Assembly: GCA_963804645.1 (NCBI GenBank) | Contig: CAWDRG010000001.1 | Location: 64,001 to 128,000 of the forward strand | Direction: 5' to 3' | Origin: an uncultured Bacillota bacterium | GTDB taxonomy: Bacteria; Sysuimicrobiota; Sysuimicrobiia; Sysuimicrobiales; Segetimicrobiaceae | DNA: 64,000 nucleotides | In this document: one piece after another, positions 10,196 to 20,749 of the stretch | Layout: each line of letters begins with the position of its first letter | Numbering within the stretch: position 1 is the first letter of the stretch | Program-made: the position numbers and the translations under genes | The notes under the pieces: model-generated | What the model saw: the letters and a program-made list of their open reading frames with translations, nothing else | Told to the model about the DNA's origin: nothing | The model's database searches: none

Positions 10196-11287
10196 CTACT
10201 CCGCGGCGCGGGGTGACGCGACCGGCTCCGGAAGGTCGCGCGGCGGGAGGCCGGCGGCCAGCGCGGTCTCGTAGATCTCCCGCCACGTCGACTCGGCAAG
10301 ATCGATGCCGGCCCCGGATCGCTCTCGCCGCGTGATCGCCTCCGGCTGTCCCGGGGTCAGCACCCGGTCGAAGCCGGGTGCCGGCGGCACGTCACGCATC
10401 CGGTTGAGGATGTCACGAGCGGTGGACTTCGCCTCGTTGGCGGGACGGAACGCCCCGACGACGACCGCGCAGAAGAGCGCCCCGGATCGGCGTTGGTCGG
10501 ACGTCTCGTCCCGCTCGAGGGTCGGCGCCGGCGGACGGTCTGCCCCCGTCAGAGCCTGGCCCAGCAGATCGATCATGACCGACAGCGCGTAGCCTTTGTG
10601 CTCGCCGAACGGCAGCAGCGCGCCGCCGTGGTACAACGCTTCGGGATCCGTCGTAGGGCGCCCCTCAGGATCCACCAGCCGTCCGGGCGCCACCGCGCGC
10701 TTCGCGGCCCGGGCGGCGGCGATCTTGCCCGCCGCCACCACCGTGGTGGCGAAGTCGAGCACGACGGGATCCGCCTCGGCCGACGGAAAGCCGATCGCCA
10801 TCGGATTAGTCCCGAGCGCCCGCCGGCTGCCGCGGTAGGGGACCGCGATGGGGTTGAGGCCGCCGAGCCACACCATCCCCACGCACCCGTCGGCCGCCGC
10901 CCGTTCCACAAATTCTCCGAGGCGGCCGAGGTGCGCGCACCGGACCGCGGCGACCATGCCCACGCCGTGCTCGCCGGCGAGTCGAACGGCCTCGTCCATC
11001 CCCGCGCGTCCCGTGAGCTGCCCAAACGCCCAGTCTCCGCTGACGAGCGCGGTGGCCCCCCGCACCGACACGACCCGTGGCCGCGCGGTGGCATCGACCC
11101 CGCCCTGCCGTACCGCCCGGACGTACTGCGGGAGCCGGAGCATGCCGTGCGAATCGTGCCCCATCAGATTGGCCGTGACCAGATCGCCGGCGACGATGCG
11201 GGCCGTCTCCGCGGGCGCGCCGATCGCGGAGAAAATTCGCGCCCCGACCTGCCGCAGGACATCGGCCTGGAACCGCACGTATGCCAT
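10196..11287 (-). CDS. Ldh_2 (malate/L-lactate dehydrogenase-like) family oxidoreductase
   Basis: GHDSHG, GTNPMA, LDFATT, LLPFGEHKGYAL. Confidence 0.9.
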   Translation of the reverse strand: MAYVRFQADVLRQVGARIFSAIGAPAETARIVAGDLVTANLMGHDSHGMLRLPQYVRAVRQGGVDATARPRVVSVRGATALVSGDWAFGQLTGRAGMDEAVRLAGEHGVGMVAAVRCAHLGRLGEFVERAAADGCVGMVWLGGLNPIAVPYRGSRRALGTNPMAIGFPSAEADPVVLDFATTVVAAGKIAAARAAKRAVAPGRLVDPEGRPTTDPEALYHGGALLPFGEHKGYALSVMIDLLGQALTGADRPPAPTLERDETSDQRRSGALFCAVVVGAFRPANEAKSTARDILNRMRDVPPAPGFDRVLTPGQPEAITRRERSGAGIDLAESTWREIYETALAAGLPPRDLPEPVASPRAAE

Positions 11288-11301
11288 GCCACGGCCTCCT
11301 T

Positions 11302-11730
11302 CTAGCGAAACGCGGAGCCGCCAACCCGAGCCGGCCTCGGGCGGCGCGGGACCGTCAGCACGAGCACCGCGCAGAGGACGGCGTACACGAGCGGCACTTC
11401 AATGCCGCCCCGCGTCCAGAAAAACCCGCGCGGCAGATTCGAGGTGACGCCGGCGACCACCATCTCGATCATGATCAGGAGCGCGGCGATCCGGGTGGCG
11501 ACGCCGAAGAACAGGCACACGCCCCCGAGGAACTCGACCAGGGTGACCACCCACGCCCAGAAGAGCGCCGGGACCCACCCGTGCTGTGCGAGCGAACTCG
11601 AAAGCGCGTGGAGCGAGGGATCGTGCACCGCGGCGATCATCCTGGCGGACCCGTGCACGAGGAAGATCGCGCCGACAAGGACGCGCGCGATCCACAACCC
11701 CCACTCGTCCCGCAGGAACCGTGCCTGCAT
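11302..11730 (-). CDS. DoxX family membrane protein
   Basis: ARVLVGAIFLVHG, EFLGG...G..TRIAA, GGIE. Confidence 0.85.
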   Translation of the reverse strand: MQARFLRDEWGLWIARVLVGAIFLVHGSARMIAAVHDPSLHALSSSLAQHGWVPALFWAWVVTLVEFLGGVCLFFGVATRIAALLIMIEMVVAGVTSNLPRGFFWTRGGIEVPLVYAVLCAVLVLTVPRRPRPARVGGSAFR

Positions 11731-11825
11731 CTCCGCCCCCCGTGCGCGCCGCCGCCCGGGGAAGGTTGGACGGCGGCCCGCGCGGTTCCTGGAGCGGCGC
11801 GCCAGCGCGCCGGCCCAAGACGCGC

Positions 11826-11854
11826 GTTCCCGGCCGCCGCGGGCGGCCGGGAAC
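11826..11854. terminator. Hairpin downstream of rpoD
   Basis: 13-bp perfect stem gttcccggccgcc / ggcggccgggaac with a 3-nt loop. Confidence 0.55.
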
Positions 11855-11883
11855 CGGAACAGTGCGGGCGCCTCAGGAACGGT

Positions 11884-13032
11884 TTAGTCGATGAAATCCT
11901 TCAGCCGCTTGCTCCGACTCGGATGCCGCAGCTTCCGGAGCGCCTTCGCTTCGATCTGCCGAATCCGCTCGCGGGTGACGCCGAACTCCCGGCCCACTTC
12001 CTCGAGCGTCCGGGGCCGGCCGTCGTCGAGCCCGAACCGGAGCCGGAGCACCTTGCGCTCCCGCGGCGTGAGGGTCTCGAGGACCCCTTCCAGCTGCTCC
12101 TTGAGCATCGTGAACGACGCCGCCTCCGCCGGGGCCAGCGCGTCCTGGTCTTCAATGAAATCTCCGAGATGGCTGTCCTCTTCCTCGCCGATCGGCGTTT
12201 CGAGCGAGATCGGCTCCTGGGCGATCTTGATGATCTCGCGGACGCGCTCGGTCGGCATCTTCATGACGTGGCCGATCTCTTCCGGCATCGGCTCGCGGCC
12301 GAGTTCCTGCAGCAGCTGCCGGGACACCCGGATCAGCTTGTTGATCGTCTCCACCATATGGACCGGGATCCGGATCGTCCGCGCCTGATCGGCGAGCGCG
12401 CGGGTGATCGCCTGGCGGATCCACCACGTCGCATACGTGCTGAACTTGTACCCCTTGCGCCAGTCGAACTTCTCGACCGCGCGGATCAGCCCGAGGTTGC
12501 CCTCCTGAATCAGATCGAGAAACAGCATGCCCCGGCCGACGTACTTCTTCGCGATGCTCACGACGAGGCGCAGGTTCGCTTCGATCAGCCGCCGCTTGGC
12601 CTCCTCGTCGCCCCGCTCCATCCGCTTGGCGAGCTTGATCTCGTCGGCGGAGTTGAGGAGCGGCACCTTGCCGATCTCCTTGAGGTACATCCGGACGGGG
12701 TCGTCGATGCTGACGCCCTCGAGCGGCTCCAGCTCGACGGGCTCGGCCTCTTCCTCGTCCTCCTTCTTCTCGGCCTCTTTGGGGTCGTCCACGACCTTGA
12801 TCTCGAGATCCACGAGCAGGCCGTAGATCTTGTCGTACTCGTCGACGTTGTGCTCGACCTCCGGGACGGCCTGGATCTCGTCATAGGTGACATAACCCCG
12901 CTGGCGGCCCTGCTCCACGAGCTGCCGCAGGTCCGGTGCCAGCGTGGCGATCGCCTTCTCGGCCTCGAGCTTGCGCTTCGACGCCGAAACGTCCGCCTCT
13001 GTAGTTGCGTGTGCTCTCCGAGTCCTAGACAC
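11884..13032 (-). CDS. rpoD: RNA polymerase primary sigma factor
   Basis: [63 protein letters not shown]. Confidence 0.98.
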   Translation of the reverse strand: MSRTRRAHATTEADVSASKRKLEAEKAIATLAPDLRQLVEQGRQRGYVTYDEIQAVPEVEHNVDEYDKIYGLLVDLEIKVVDDPKEAEKKEDEEEAEPVELEPLEGVSIDDPVRMYLKEIGKVPLLNSADEIKLAKRMERGDEEAKRRLIEANLRLVVSIAKKYVGRGMLFLDLIQEGNLGLIRAVEKFDWRKGYKFSTYATWWIRQAITRALADQARTIRIPVHMVETINKLIRVSRQLLQELGREPMPEEIGHVMKMPTERVREIIKIAQEPISLETPIGEEEDSHLGDFIEDQDALAPAEAASFTMLKEQLEGVLETLTPRERKVLRLRFGLDDGRPRTLEEVGREFGVTRERIRQIEAKALRKLRHPSRSKRLKDFID

Positions 13033-14818
13033 TTACCTTCAACTCCCTGAGTCGTTCCTTTTCGTTCTGTGCTTCCGTCAGTTCAACGGCGATGCGGTCC
13101 CGACTGGCATCGTCACGCGCCCGCACCGCCACGCCGTGGGCGTCCATCAGGTGAACGATTCGCTCTTCCACATCGCTCAGCCTCAACCGCTGCACGCATC
13201 CTCCCGCCACTTTGTACGGGTCCGCCTTGACCGGTGGTTCGGCAATCAAAAATCGGCTCAGGAGCGAGACTGCCGTCTCGTCCCGCAGCCGTTCGCGCAT
13301 CCTGCCCACATCGTCCCCCGCCGCCTCGGACGCGAGCAGCACCTCCGCCAACTCGCGGTGCCCAGGCTCGCGAAACATCTCCGGCACCACCAACCGCCGC
13401 ACCGACGCCCGCACGCCCGCGTCGGCCACGAGCAGGTGCAGCAGCAGCCGCTCGGCCGCCGCCCGTCCCGTCGCCTCCGGGACCGGCGCCGCCGCGGGGA
13501 CCCGGGCCGGCCGTCGTGCCTCCTGACGGTGCCCCAGCCGACGAAACTCGTCCCGTATCGCGTCTTCTCGCACGCCCAACCGTTCCGCCAAGAGGCGCAC
13601 GTACTCCCCCTGCCGGACCGGATTGGCTGCTGTAGTGATTAACCGACTCATTTCGTCAACAATTCCAACCTTTCCTTCCACCGTCCGGGGGTCGTGGCGC
13701 TGCAGCGCGGCCGCCATCCGGTACTCGAAGATCGGGAGCGCCTGCGCCAGCAGCTCCGCAAACGCCGGCTGCCCGCGCGCGCGCAGGAACGAATCCGGAT
13801 CGGTGCCGCTCGGGAGCACCGCCACCCGCACCGGCAGCTCGGCCTGGTCGAAGAGCTCCAGGCCGCGCACCGACGCGTCCGCGCCGGCCGCGTCCGCGTC
13901 GTACACGAGCACGGCGCGGGACGCGAAGCGCTTGAGCACCAAGACTTGGTCGAGGGTGAGCGCCGTGCCGAGCGACGCCACGGCCCCGCCGAACCCGAAC
14001 TGATGGCAGGTCACCGCGTCCATATACCCTTCGACCACGACGGCCTCGCCGGATTCCCGGATCGACGACCGCGCGACGTCGAGCGCGTACACGGTCTTCC
14101 CCTTCGAAAACAGCGGGGTCTCCCGGGAGTTCAGGTACTTCGGCACCGCGTCGGCGTCCAGCGCCCGGCCGCCGAACGCGATCGGACGCCCCTGCAGATC
14201 GCGAATCGGAAACACGACCCGGTTCCGCAGCGCGTCGTAGTGACCGGCACTGCCCTGCCGCTCAACGGCCAGCCCCGCCTGCTCGAGCACCGCCGCGTCG
14301 AAGCCGCGGCCGCGCAGCGCCCGCAGCAACTGATCCCACCCGGCGGGCGCATACCCGAGGCCAAACGTCTCGACCACCGCCGGCGTGACCCCGCGCGAGT
14401 CGAGATACTCCCGAGCGCGACGTCCGCCCTCGGCCGCGAGTTCGGCCCGAAAGAAGCTCGCGGCCTCCGCCACCGCGCGCAGCAGCCGCTCCCGCTCCCC
14501 CGCGTGGCGCTCGGCCTCGGGACTCGCCTCGAGCTGCACCCCCGCCCGCTCCGCCAGTTCCTTGCGGGCCTCGCCGAACGACAGCCCGTCGGCCCGCTGG
14601 ACGAAGTCGAACACGTCCCCGCCGGCGTGGCACCCGAAACAGTAGAAAAATCCGCGTTCCGGATCGACCGTGAAGGACGGGGTCTTCTCTGAATGGAAGG
14701 GACACAACCCCTTGTAGCTGCGGCCGGCCCGGCGCAGCGTGACGTGTGACGAAATCACCTCCAGAATATTGATCCGGCGGCGAATCTCGTCCGTCACGTC
14801 TCGTGCTTGCCCTGCCAT
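13025..14818 (-). CDS. dnaG: DNA primase
   Basis: [11 protein letters not shown] zinc finger, [27 protein letters not shown] motif. Confidence 0.97.
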   Translation of the reverse strand: MAGQARDVTDEIRRRINILEVISSHVTLRRAGRSYKGLCPFHSEKTPSFTVDPERGFFYCFGCHAGGDVFDFVQRADGLSFGEARKELAERAGVQLEASPEAERHAGERERLLRAVAEAASFFRAELAAEGGRRAREYLDSRGVTPAVVETFGLGYAPAGWDQLLRALRGRGFDAAVLEQAGLAVERQGSAGHYDALRNRVVFPIRDLQGRPIAFGGRALDADAVPKYLNSRETPLFSKGKTVYALDVARSSIRESGEAVVVEGYMDAVTCHQFGFGGAVASLGTALTLDQVLVLKRFASRAVLVYDADAAGADASVRGLELFDQAELPVRVAVLPSGTDPDSFLRARGQPAFAELLAQALPIFEYRMAAALQRHDPRTVEGKVGIVDEMSRLITTAANPVRQGEYVRLLAERLGVREDAIRDEFRRLGHRQEARRPARVPAAAPVPEATGRAAAERLLLHLLVADAGVRASVRRLVVPEMFREPGHRELAEVLLASEAAGDDVGRMRERLRDETAVSLLSRFLIAEPPVKADPYKVAGGCVQRLRLSDVEERIVHLMDAHGVAVRARDDASRDRIAVELTEAQNEKERLRELKVSV

Positions 14819-15062
14819 CACCCGGTCCGCACCCGCGAAAAAAGAGCCTCATCGTGAACTCGACAAGGCCCGACCCTATGCACCCATCTAATATTCTCCC
14901 CGCCATCGGCACGATCCTCTCGCCGGCGCCACCCGCGCCGGCTGGAGCGACCCGGACCTCATCTCGAGCGGCGCCTCTCGGAGGCCGATCCGTACGCCGA
15001 ACCGAAAGGGATCGGGGACTCCGGGGGGAAGCGTCCATCCCGAGCGCAACATCGCCATAGGG

Positions 15063-15959
15063 ATGGACGAGCAACCGAGGGCCGTGGCACGCGCGACGGT
15101 CCGCGGACACGCGTGTTCTGGAGGACAGCCGGGGATGGAGCAGCCGGGCCGGGTGGTTGACGAACGACGCGCGGGACGATGGATGTCCGCGCTCATCATG
15201 TTTATCCTGGTCGCGGGCGTGCTGTCGTTCGTCTGGTCGAGCAAGGACTACTGGCTGCTCCCGCTGGCCTCGACGCAGGGGCTCACGCTGGACAACCTGT
15301 TCTACGCGATCCTCATCTTGACCGCGATCCCGTTCGTGCTCGTCCACCTGTTTATCGGGCTCTCCCTGTGGCGGTTCCCGGCGCGCGGCACGGAGCGCGC
15401 CGCGCACTGGCACGAGCACCTGGGCGCGGAGCTGACCTGGACGATTGTCCCGACCATCGCGTTCATCGTGCTCGGCATCTACGGTGAGATCGTCTGGGCG
15501 CACATCTACAGCGCGCCACCGGCGAACGCCCTGCAGGTGCAGGTGGTCGGGCGCCAGTTTGAATGGGAGTTTCGCTACCCTGGACCGGATGGCAAGTTCG
15601 GGCGCACCGCGCCGAAGTTCGTCACCTCGGGCGACCCGTTCGGCATGGACCCGAGCGACCCCGAGAACCAGCAGAACATCGTCACCGTGAACGAGATGCA
15701 CGTGGTCCTCAACCGGCCGGTGTCGGTGCGGATCACCGCGATCGACGTGATCCACAGCTTCTCGCTGCCGAACTTCCGCATGAAGCAGGACGCCGTGCCG
15801 GGCCGCGACGTGAGCATCTGGTTTACGCCGAACAAAGCCGGCACGTACCAGATCGTGTGCGCGCAGCTGTGCGGCGTCGGGCATTACACGATGCGGGGCA
15901 ATATCACGGTAGAGTCGCAGAGCGCGTTCGACCAGTGGCTCGGATCGCAAGGACATTGA
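15063..15959 (+). CDS. coxB: Cytochrome c oxidase subunit II (start uncertain: 15063, 15135 or 15183)
   Basis: Two TM helices, ELTWTIVP, QFEWEF, DVIHSF, CuA motif CAQLCGVGHYTM. Confidence 0.93.
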   Translation: MDEQPRAVARATVRGHACSGGQPGMEQPGRVVDERRAGRWMSALIMFILVAGVLSFVWSSKDYWLLPLASTQGLTLDNLFYAILILTAIPFVLVHLFIGLSLWRFPARGTERAAHWHEHLGAELTWTIVPTIAFIVLGIYGEIVWAHIYSAPPANALQVQVVGRQFEWEFRYPGPDGKFGRTAPKFVTSGDPFGMDPSDPENQQNIVTVNEMHVVLNRPVSVRITAIDVIHSFSLPNFRMKQDAVPGRDVSIWFTPNKAGTYQIVCAQLCGVGHYTMRGNITVESQSAFDQWLGSQGH

Positions 15960-16000
15960 GCGCCGGTCGACGCTCGGATCGCTGAGGCAAAGGAGACGCC

Positions 16001-17755
16001 ATGGACGCCGTCGCCGTACACGAAGCCGGGGCCGCCCACGAGACCCATGCCAAGGAAACGTTCTTCCGGCACTACATCTTCAGCACCGATCACAAGATGA
16101 TCGGCAAGCAGTACTTCCTCACCACGATGTTCATGGCGCTCGTGGGCGGCGGGATGGCGATGCTGATGCGCGACCACCTCGCCTGGCCGAACAACGGGGT
16201 GCTGACCCCGGAGCAATACCTGCAGGCCGTGACGATGCACGGGACGATCATGATCTTCTTCTTCCTGACGGTCATGCTGACCGGCGGCTTCGGCAACCTC
16301 CTGATCCCGCTGATGATCGGCGCGCGGGACATGGCGTTCCCCGTCCTGAACATGATCTCGTACTGGACCTTCGTCCCGGGCGTCATCACGATCCTCGCCT
16401 CGTTCTTCGTGCCGGGCGGTCCCGCCGGCAACGGCTGGACGGCGTACGCGCCGCTCTCCGCGATCCCGGCGGCGGAAGGCGGGGCCGGGTTGGGACAAAC
16501 GCTGTGGCTGGTCGCGCTCCTGTTCGTCGTGATCTCGTCCCTCTTCGGGTCCCTCAACTTCCTCACGACGATCCTGAACATGCGCACCCGCGGCCTGTCG
16601 ATGGGCCGGCTGCCCCTCACGATCTGGGGCATCTTCATCACGGCGGTGCTGGCGCTGCTCTCGTTTCCGGTGCTCATGGCGGGGCTCGGGCTGCTGCTGC
16701 TCGACCGGGTGGCCGGCACGAGCTTCTTCGAGCCCACGAACCTGCTGGTCGGCGGGCAGATCTCGACGCACGCGGGCGGGGACGCGCTCCTGTGGCAGCA
16801 TCTGTTCTGGTTCTTCGGACACCCGGAAGTGTACATCCTGATCCTGACGCCGATGGGCATCGTCTCGGAGATCATCTCCACGTTCTCCCGCAAGCCGATC
16901 TTCGGGTACAAAGCGATGATCCTGTCGCTCTCGGCGATCGGGTTCTTGAGCTTCCTCGTGTGGGGCCACCACATGTTCGTCAGCGGGATGCACCCGCTGC
17001 TCGGCGCCGCGTTCATGGGCTCGACGATCATCATCGCGGTCCCGTCGGCGATCAAGACCTTCAACTGGTGCGCGACGCTGTGGGGGGGCCGGATCCACTT
17101 CACGACCGCGATGCTGTTCGCGATCGGGTTTGTGTCGGTGTTTGTCACCGGCGGCCTGAGCGGCATCTTCCTCGCGATCGCGCCGGTCGACATCTATCTG
17201 CACGACACGTACTTCGTCATCGCGCATTTCCACTTCGTGATGGCCAGCGCCTCGCTGTTCGCGATCCTCGCCGGCACGTACTTCTGGTTCCCGAAGTTCT
17301 TCGGGCGGTTGATGAACGAAACGCTCGGGAAGATCCACTTCGCCCTCACGTTCCTGGGCATCTACGGCACGTTCTACCCGATGCACTTCATCGGGCTGCA
17401 CTCGAACGACCGCCGGCTCTACGACAACGCGGCATACCCGTTCCTCGCGCACACGGGCCCGATCGACGTGTTCATCAGCCTCAGCGCCTTCTTGCTCGGC
17501 GCGGCGCAGCTCATCTTCCTCTTCAACTTCTTCTACAGTCTGAAGTACGGGCCGGTCGCCGACACGAACCCGTGGCGCGCGAACTCGCTGGACTGGCAGA
17601 CGCCCACCCCGCCGCCGCACGGCAACTGGGGAGACGAACTCCCGACGGTGTACCGCTGGCCGTATGACTACAGCGTGCCGGGGGCCAAGGACGATTACAT
17701 CCCGCAGACGGTCCAAGCGGCGCCGGTTGCCGCGGGCGCTGGCGGCGAGGCGTAG
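16001..17755 (+). CDS. coxA: Cytochrome c oxidase subunit I (A1-type heme-copper oxidase)
   Basis: STDHKMIG, MHGTIM, GARDMAFP, WFFGHPEVY, WGHHMF, HDTYFVIAHFH. Confidence 0.97.
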   Translation: MDAVAVHEAGAAHETHAKETFFRHYIFSTDHKMIGKQYFLTTMFMALVGGGMAMLMRDHLAWPNNGVLTPEQYLQAVTMHGTIMIFFFLTVMLTGGFGNLLIPLMIGARDMAFPVLNMISYWTFVPGVITILASFFVPGGPAGNGWTAYAPLSAIPAAEGGAGLGQTLWLVALLFVVISSLFGSLNFLTTILNMRTRGLSMGRLPLTIWGIFITAVLALLSFPVLMAGLGLLLLDRVAGTSFFEPTNLLVGGQISTHAGGDALLWQHLFWFFGHPEVYILILTPMGIVSEIISTFSRKPIFGYKAMILSLSAIGFLSFLVWGHHMFVSGMHPLLGAAFMGSTIIIAVPSAIKTFNWCATLWGGRIHFTTAMLFAIGFVSVFVTGGLSGIFLAIAPVDIYLHDTYFVIAHFHFVMASASLFAILAGTYFWFPKFFGRLMNETLGKIHFALTFLGIYGTFYPMHFIGLHSNDRRLYDNAAYPFLAHTGPIDVFISLSAFLLGAAQLIFLFNFFYSLKYGPVADTNPWRANSLDWQTPTPPPHGNWGDELPTVYRWPYDYSVPGAKDDYIPQTVQAAPVAAGAGGEA

Positions 17756-17805
17756 AGCGCGACGCGCGCCGGCGTCCGCCTCCGGATACGGCCCACGAAG
17801 GAACG

Positions 17806-18456
17806 ATGACGGGAATGCCGACGCAACTGGTTGAACGAGCCCGCCCAGGCGCCCTCCGCGGCGTGGGCGGACGCGGCTTCGGGCCGTCCGACGGCGGCGC
17901 GCTGCCGTCGCGGGAGCCCGCCCCGGTCAGCAACGGGCTCCTCGGCGTGGCGGCGCTCCTGACCGCGGTCATCATCCTGTTCCTCGCGCTCACAAGCGCG
18001 TACCTGTACCGGCGCCAGGAGGCCGGATGGTCGACGCTCGCGGTGCCGGCCGTGCTCTGGTTCAACACGCTCGTGCTGCTCGCCAGCAGCGGGACCTTGG
18101 AGTGGGCACGCCGGCGGATCCGGCTCGGGGACACGGCGGGGCTGCGCCGCGGCGTCGAGGCGACCGGCGGCCTCGGGCTCGTCTTCGTGATCGGCCAGAT
18201 CGTCGCGTGGCGGCAGCTCGCCGCGCAGGGGATCTTCCTGACCACCAACCCCCACAGTTCCTTTTTCTATGTCCTGACCGCGACGCACGGACTGCACCTG
18301 CTCGGCGGGCTCGCCGCGCTCGCGATCGTCACCGTGCGGGCCTGGCAGGGCCGGTATACCGCGGCGCACCACGGCGGCATCGTCAACTGCGCGGTGTACT
18401 GGCACTTCCTGGATCTGCTGTGGGTCTACCTGTTCGTCCTGCTGTTCTGGGCCTGA
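17806..18456 (+). CDS. Cytochrome c oxidase subunit III-like protein (first copy)
   Basis: NTLVLLASS, FFYVLTATHGLHLLGG, YWHFLDLLW. Confidence 0.88.
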   Translation: MTGMPTQLVERARPGALRGVGGRGFGPSDGGALPSREPAPVSNGLLGVAALLTAVIILFLALTSAYLYRRQEAGWSTLAVPAVLWFNTLVLLASSGTLEWARRRIRLGDTAGLRRGVEATGGLGLVFVIGQIVAWRQLAAQGIFLTTNPHSSFFYVLTATHGLHLLGGLAALAIVTVRAWQGRYTAAHHGGIVNCAVYWHFLDLLWVYLFVLLFWA

Positions 18457-18496
18457 CGCGCGACCGGCGGGACCCGCCGAGGCAAGGGAGGCGATA

Positions 18497-19120
18497 ATGG
18501 GGGCGGTCAATACTTCCGAGCAGAACGCGACGATGGGCTCGCGCTGGGCCGGCGGGCGGTCCCCCTTCGACGTCGGCTGGGGCAAGCTCATGATGTGGCT
18601 GTTCCTGATGTCGGACGCCCTGACGTTCTCGGGCATGCTGATCGGCCTGTGGACGCTGCGGCTCGGCAGCCCGTCGTGGCCCGACCGCTCGCAGATCATG
18701 AACATTCGGCTCGTCGGCATCATGACGGTCATCCTGATCTGCAGCAGCACGACGATGGCGCTGTCCGTGTACGAGGCGCGGCGCGGGCAGCGCCGCCGGG
18801 CCGTGTGGTTTCTCGCCGCGACGATCATCGCCGGGTTCACCTTTGCCGGCCTGCAGGCGACCGAGTGGACGCACTTCATCCAGGACGGCGCGAGGCTCAA
18901 CGGAAACCCGTGGGGCGTCCCGCCGTTCAGCTTCACCTTCTTCATCATCACCGGGTACCACGGCCTTCACGTCATCGCCGGCTGCTTCTACCTGTGGGTG
19001 ATGGCGGTCCGGATCGCCAAGGGCCAATCCGGCGTCGGAGGCCTCGAGGTCGCGGGCCTGTATTGGGGCTTCGTCGACCTGGTCTGGGTCTTCATCTGGC
19101 CGTCGATCTACCTCTTATAG
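18497..19120 (+). CDS. Cytochrome c oxidase subunit III-like protein (second copy)
   Basis: KLMMWLFLMSDALTF, FFIITGYHGLHV, GLYWGFVDLVW. Confidence 0.88.
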   Translation: MGAVNTSEQNATMGSRWAGGRSPFDVGWGKLMMWLFLMSDALTFSGMLIGLWTLRLGSPSWPDRSQIMNIRLVGIMTVILICSSTTMALSVYEARRGQRRRAVWFLAATIIAGFTFAGLQATEWTHFIQDGARLNGNPWGVPPFSFTFFIITGYHGLHVIAGCFYLWVMAVRIAKGQSGVGGLEVAGLYWGFVDLVWVFIWPSIYLL

Positions 19121-19159
19121 CCGATGGCGGCGGATCCGCACGCGAGGAGGGAACCTCCG

Positions 19160-19483
19160 ATGCACCAGCACGACCCGCAGGTGATGGAAAATGAGGCGAT
19201 GGCGCCGCCGCAGACGTTCCTCATCGCGGCCCTCGTCCTCTTCCTGCTCACCGGAGTGGAAGTCAGCGTGGTGCTCGTGTTCACGCTGCCCACCGCCGTG
19301 CGCGTCACCATTCTGCTGATCACGGCGTGTCTCAAGGCGTCCCTGATCGGCGCGTACTACATGAACCTCAAATTCGAGCGGCTGGCGATGATGTATCTGG
19401 TCATCATCCCGCTCGTTGCACTCGCCCTCGTCCTGTTTTGGGGCGTCGTCCCGGACGCGGCCCGTCTCTTCGGGCTGCACTGA
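19160..19483 (+). CDS. Cytochrome c oxidase subunit IV family protein
   Basis: Three TM helices, LTGVEV, KASLIGAYYMNLKFE; last gene of the cox operon. Confidence 0.82.
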   Translation: MHQHDPQVMENEAMAPPQTFLIAALVLFLLTGVEVSVVLVFTLPTAVRVTILLITACLKASLIGAYYMNLKFERLAMMYLVIIPLVALALVLFWGVVPDAARLFGLH

Positions 19484-19507
19484 CCCGACGGCGGACCCAC
19501 CGCGCAC

Positions 19508-19541
19508 GGCAAAGGCGGCGCCCCACGGCGCCGCCTTTGCC
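19508..19541. terminator. Hairpin between the convergent cox operon and AKR gene
   Basis: 15-bp perfect stem ggcaaaggcggcgcc-ccac-ggcgccgcctttgcc. Confidence 0.7.
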
Positions 19542-19555
19542 ACGTCCGCGCGGAA

Positions 19556-20506
19556 TCAGGCGCTCGCCTGATCGAGCCGCTCGATCGCCTCCCGGTCCAG
19601 CACCAACCGCGTCGCCGCCACCAGTTCGTTCAGCTGCTCGGTGTTGGTGGCGCTCGCGATCGGGGATGTCACGCTCGGGCGCGCGATCAGCCAGGCGAGC
19701 GCGACCGCCCCGGGCGTGCTCGCGCAGCGCTTCGCGACCTCGTCGAGCGCGGCCAGGATCCGGAACCCGCGGTCGTTGAAGTAGCGCTTTTGGACGCCCT
19801 GCCCGCGGGGACTCTTGCCGAGATCCGCCTCCGACCGGTACTTGCCGGTGAGAAATCCGCTGCCGAGCGACGAGTACCCGATCACGCCGATGTGCTCCTT
19901 GAGACACAGCGGTTCGAGGGCGCTTTCATACCCCGCGCGCTCGAACAGATTGTATAGCGGCTGGAGGCTCTGGTACCGGGGAAACCCGTGCTGCGCGCTG
20001 AACGCAAGCGCCTGCGCGAGCCGCTCCGCCGTGAAGTTCGACGCGCCGATCGCCCGCACTTTCCCCTGCTTGATCAGGTCGGCGTAGGCGCCGAGTGTCT
20101 CCTCCATCGGCGTGTCCGGATCGTCCACGTGCGACTGGTAGAGGTCGATGTGATCGGTCTGAAGGCGCCGCAGCGAATCCTCAACCTCCCGCACGATGTA
20201 TGCTCTCGACAGGCCCTTCGTGCCGGACCCCATCTCCGCCCCCACCTTAGTGGCGATGAGGACCTGGCTGCGGTTCCGGCGGCTCGCCACCCAGCGCCCC
20301 ACGATCGTCTCCGATTCGCCGCCCGAGTGACCGGGCACCCACTTCGAGTACACGTCGGCGGTGTCGATGAAGTTGCCGCCGGCGGCGAGAAACGCGTCCA
20401 GCACCTTGAAGGACGCGGCCTCATCCGCCGTCCACCCAAATACATTGCCGCCGAGCGTCACGACCGAGACCGTCAATCCAGACTTTCCAAGCTCACGCGT
20501 GTTCAT
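19556..20506 (-). CDS. Aldo/keto reductase
   Basis: GGNFIDTADVY, IATKVG, SLRRLQTDHIDLY, GKVRAIGASN. Confidence 0.95.
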   Translation of the reverse strand: MNTRELGKSGLTVSVVTLGGNVFGWTADEAASFKVLDAFLAAGGNFIDTADVYSKWVPGHSGGESETIVGRWVASRRNRSQVLIATKVGAEMGSGTKGLSRAYIVREVEDSLRRLQTDHIDLYQSHVDDPDTPMEETLGAYADLIKQGKVRAIGASNFTAERLAQALAFSAQHGFPRYQSLQPLYNLFERAGYESALEPLCLKEHIGVIGYSSLGSGFLTGKYRSEADLGKSPRGQGVQKRYFNDRGFRILAALDEVAKRCASTPGAVALAWLIARPSVTSPIASATNTEQLNELVAATRLVLDREAIERLDQASA

Positions 20507-20749
20507 GCCCGCCTCCCCGCGTTCGAATCTGCGCCGCGGACGTCAGGCCCGGTGCCGAGGGCATCGGCCCAGACGTCCCCACACCAAAACCCATTCGATC
20601 CGTGCGCGCCCGACTCCCGGGTGCGGCACGGCAGGCGCCGGCGTGTCCGACGGCCTCATGCGGGGGGATGCTGCACGGTGCTCAGGCGAGATTGATCAAC
20701 ACACGGCGGCGCGCCGGCAACCGGCGCGGACGAGCGGCGGGGACCGGAA

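Noticed and set aside
508..11287. Proline racemase and Ldh_2-family reductase as one hydroxyproline pathway
   Set aside because: About 9 kb apart with unrelated genes between; no operon evidence
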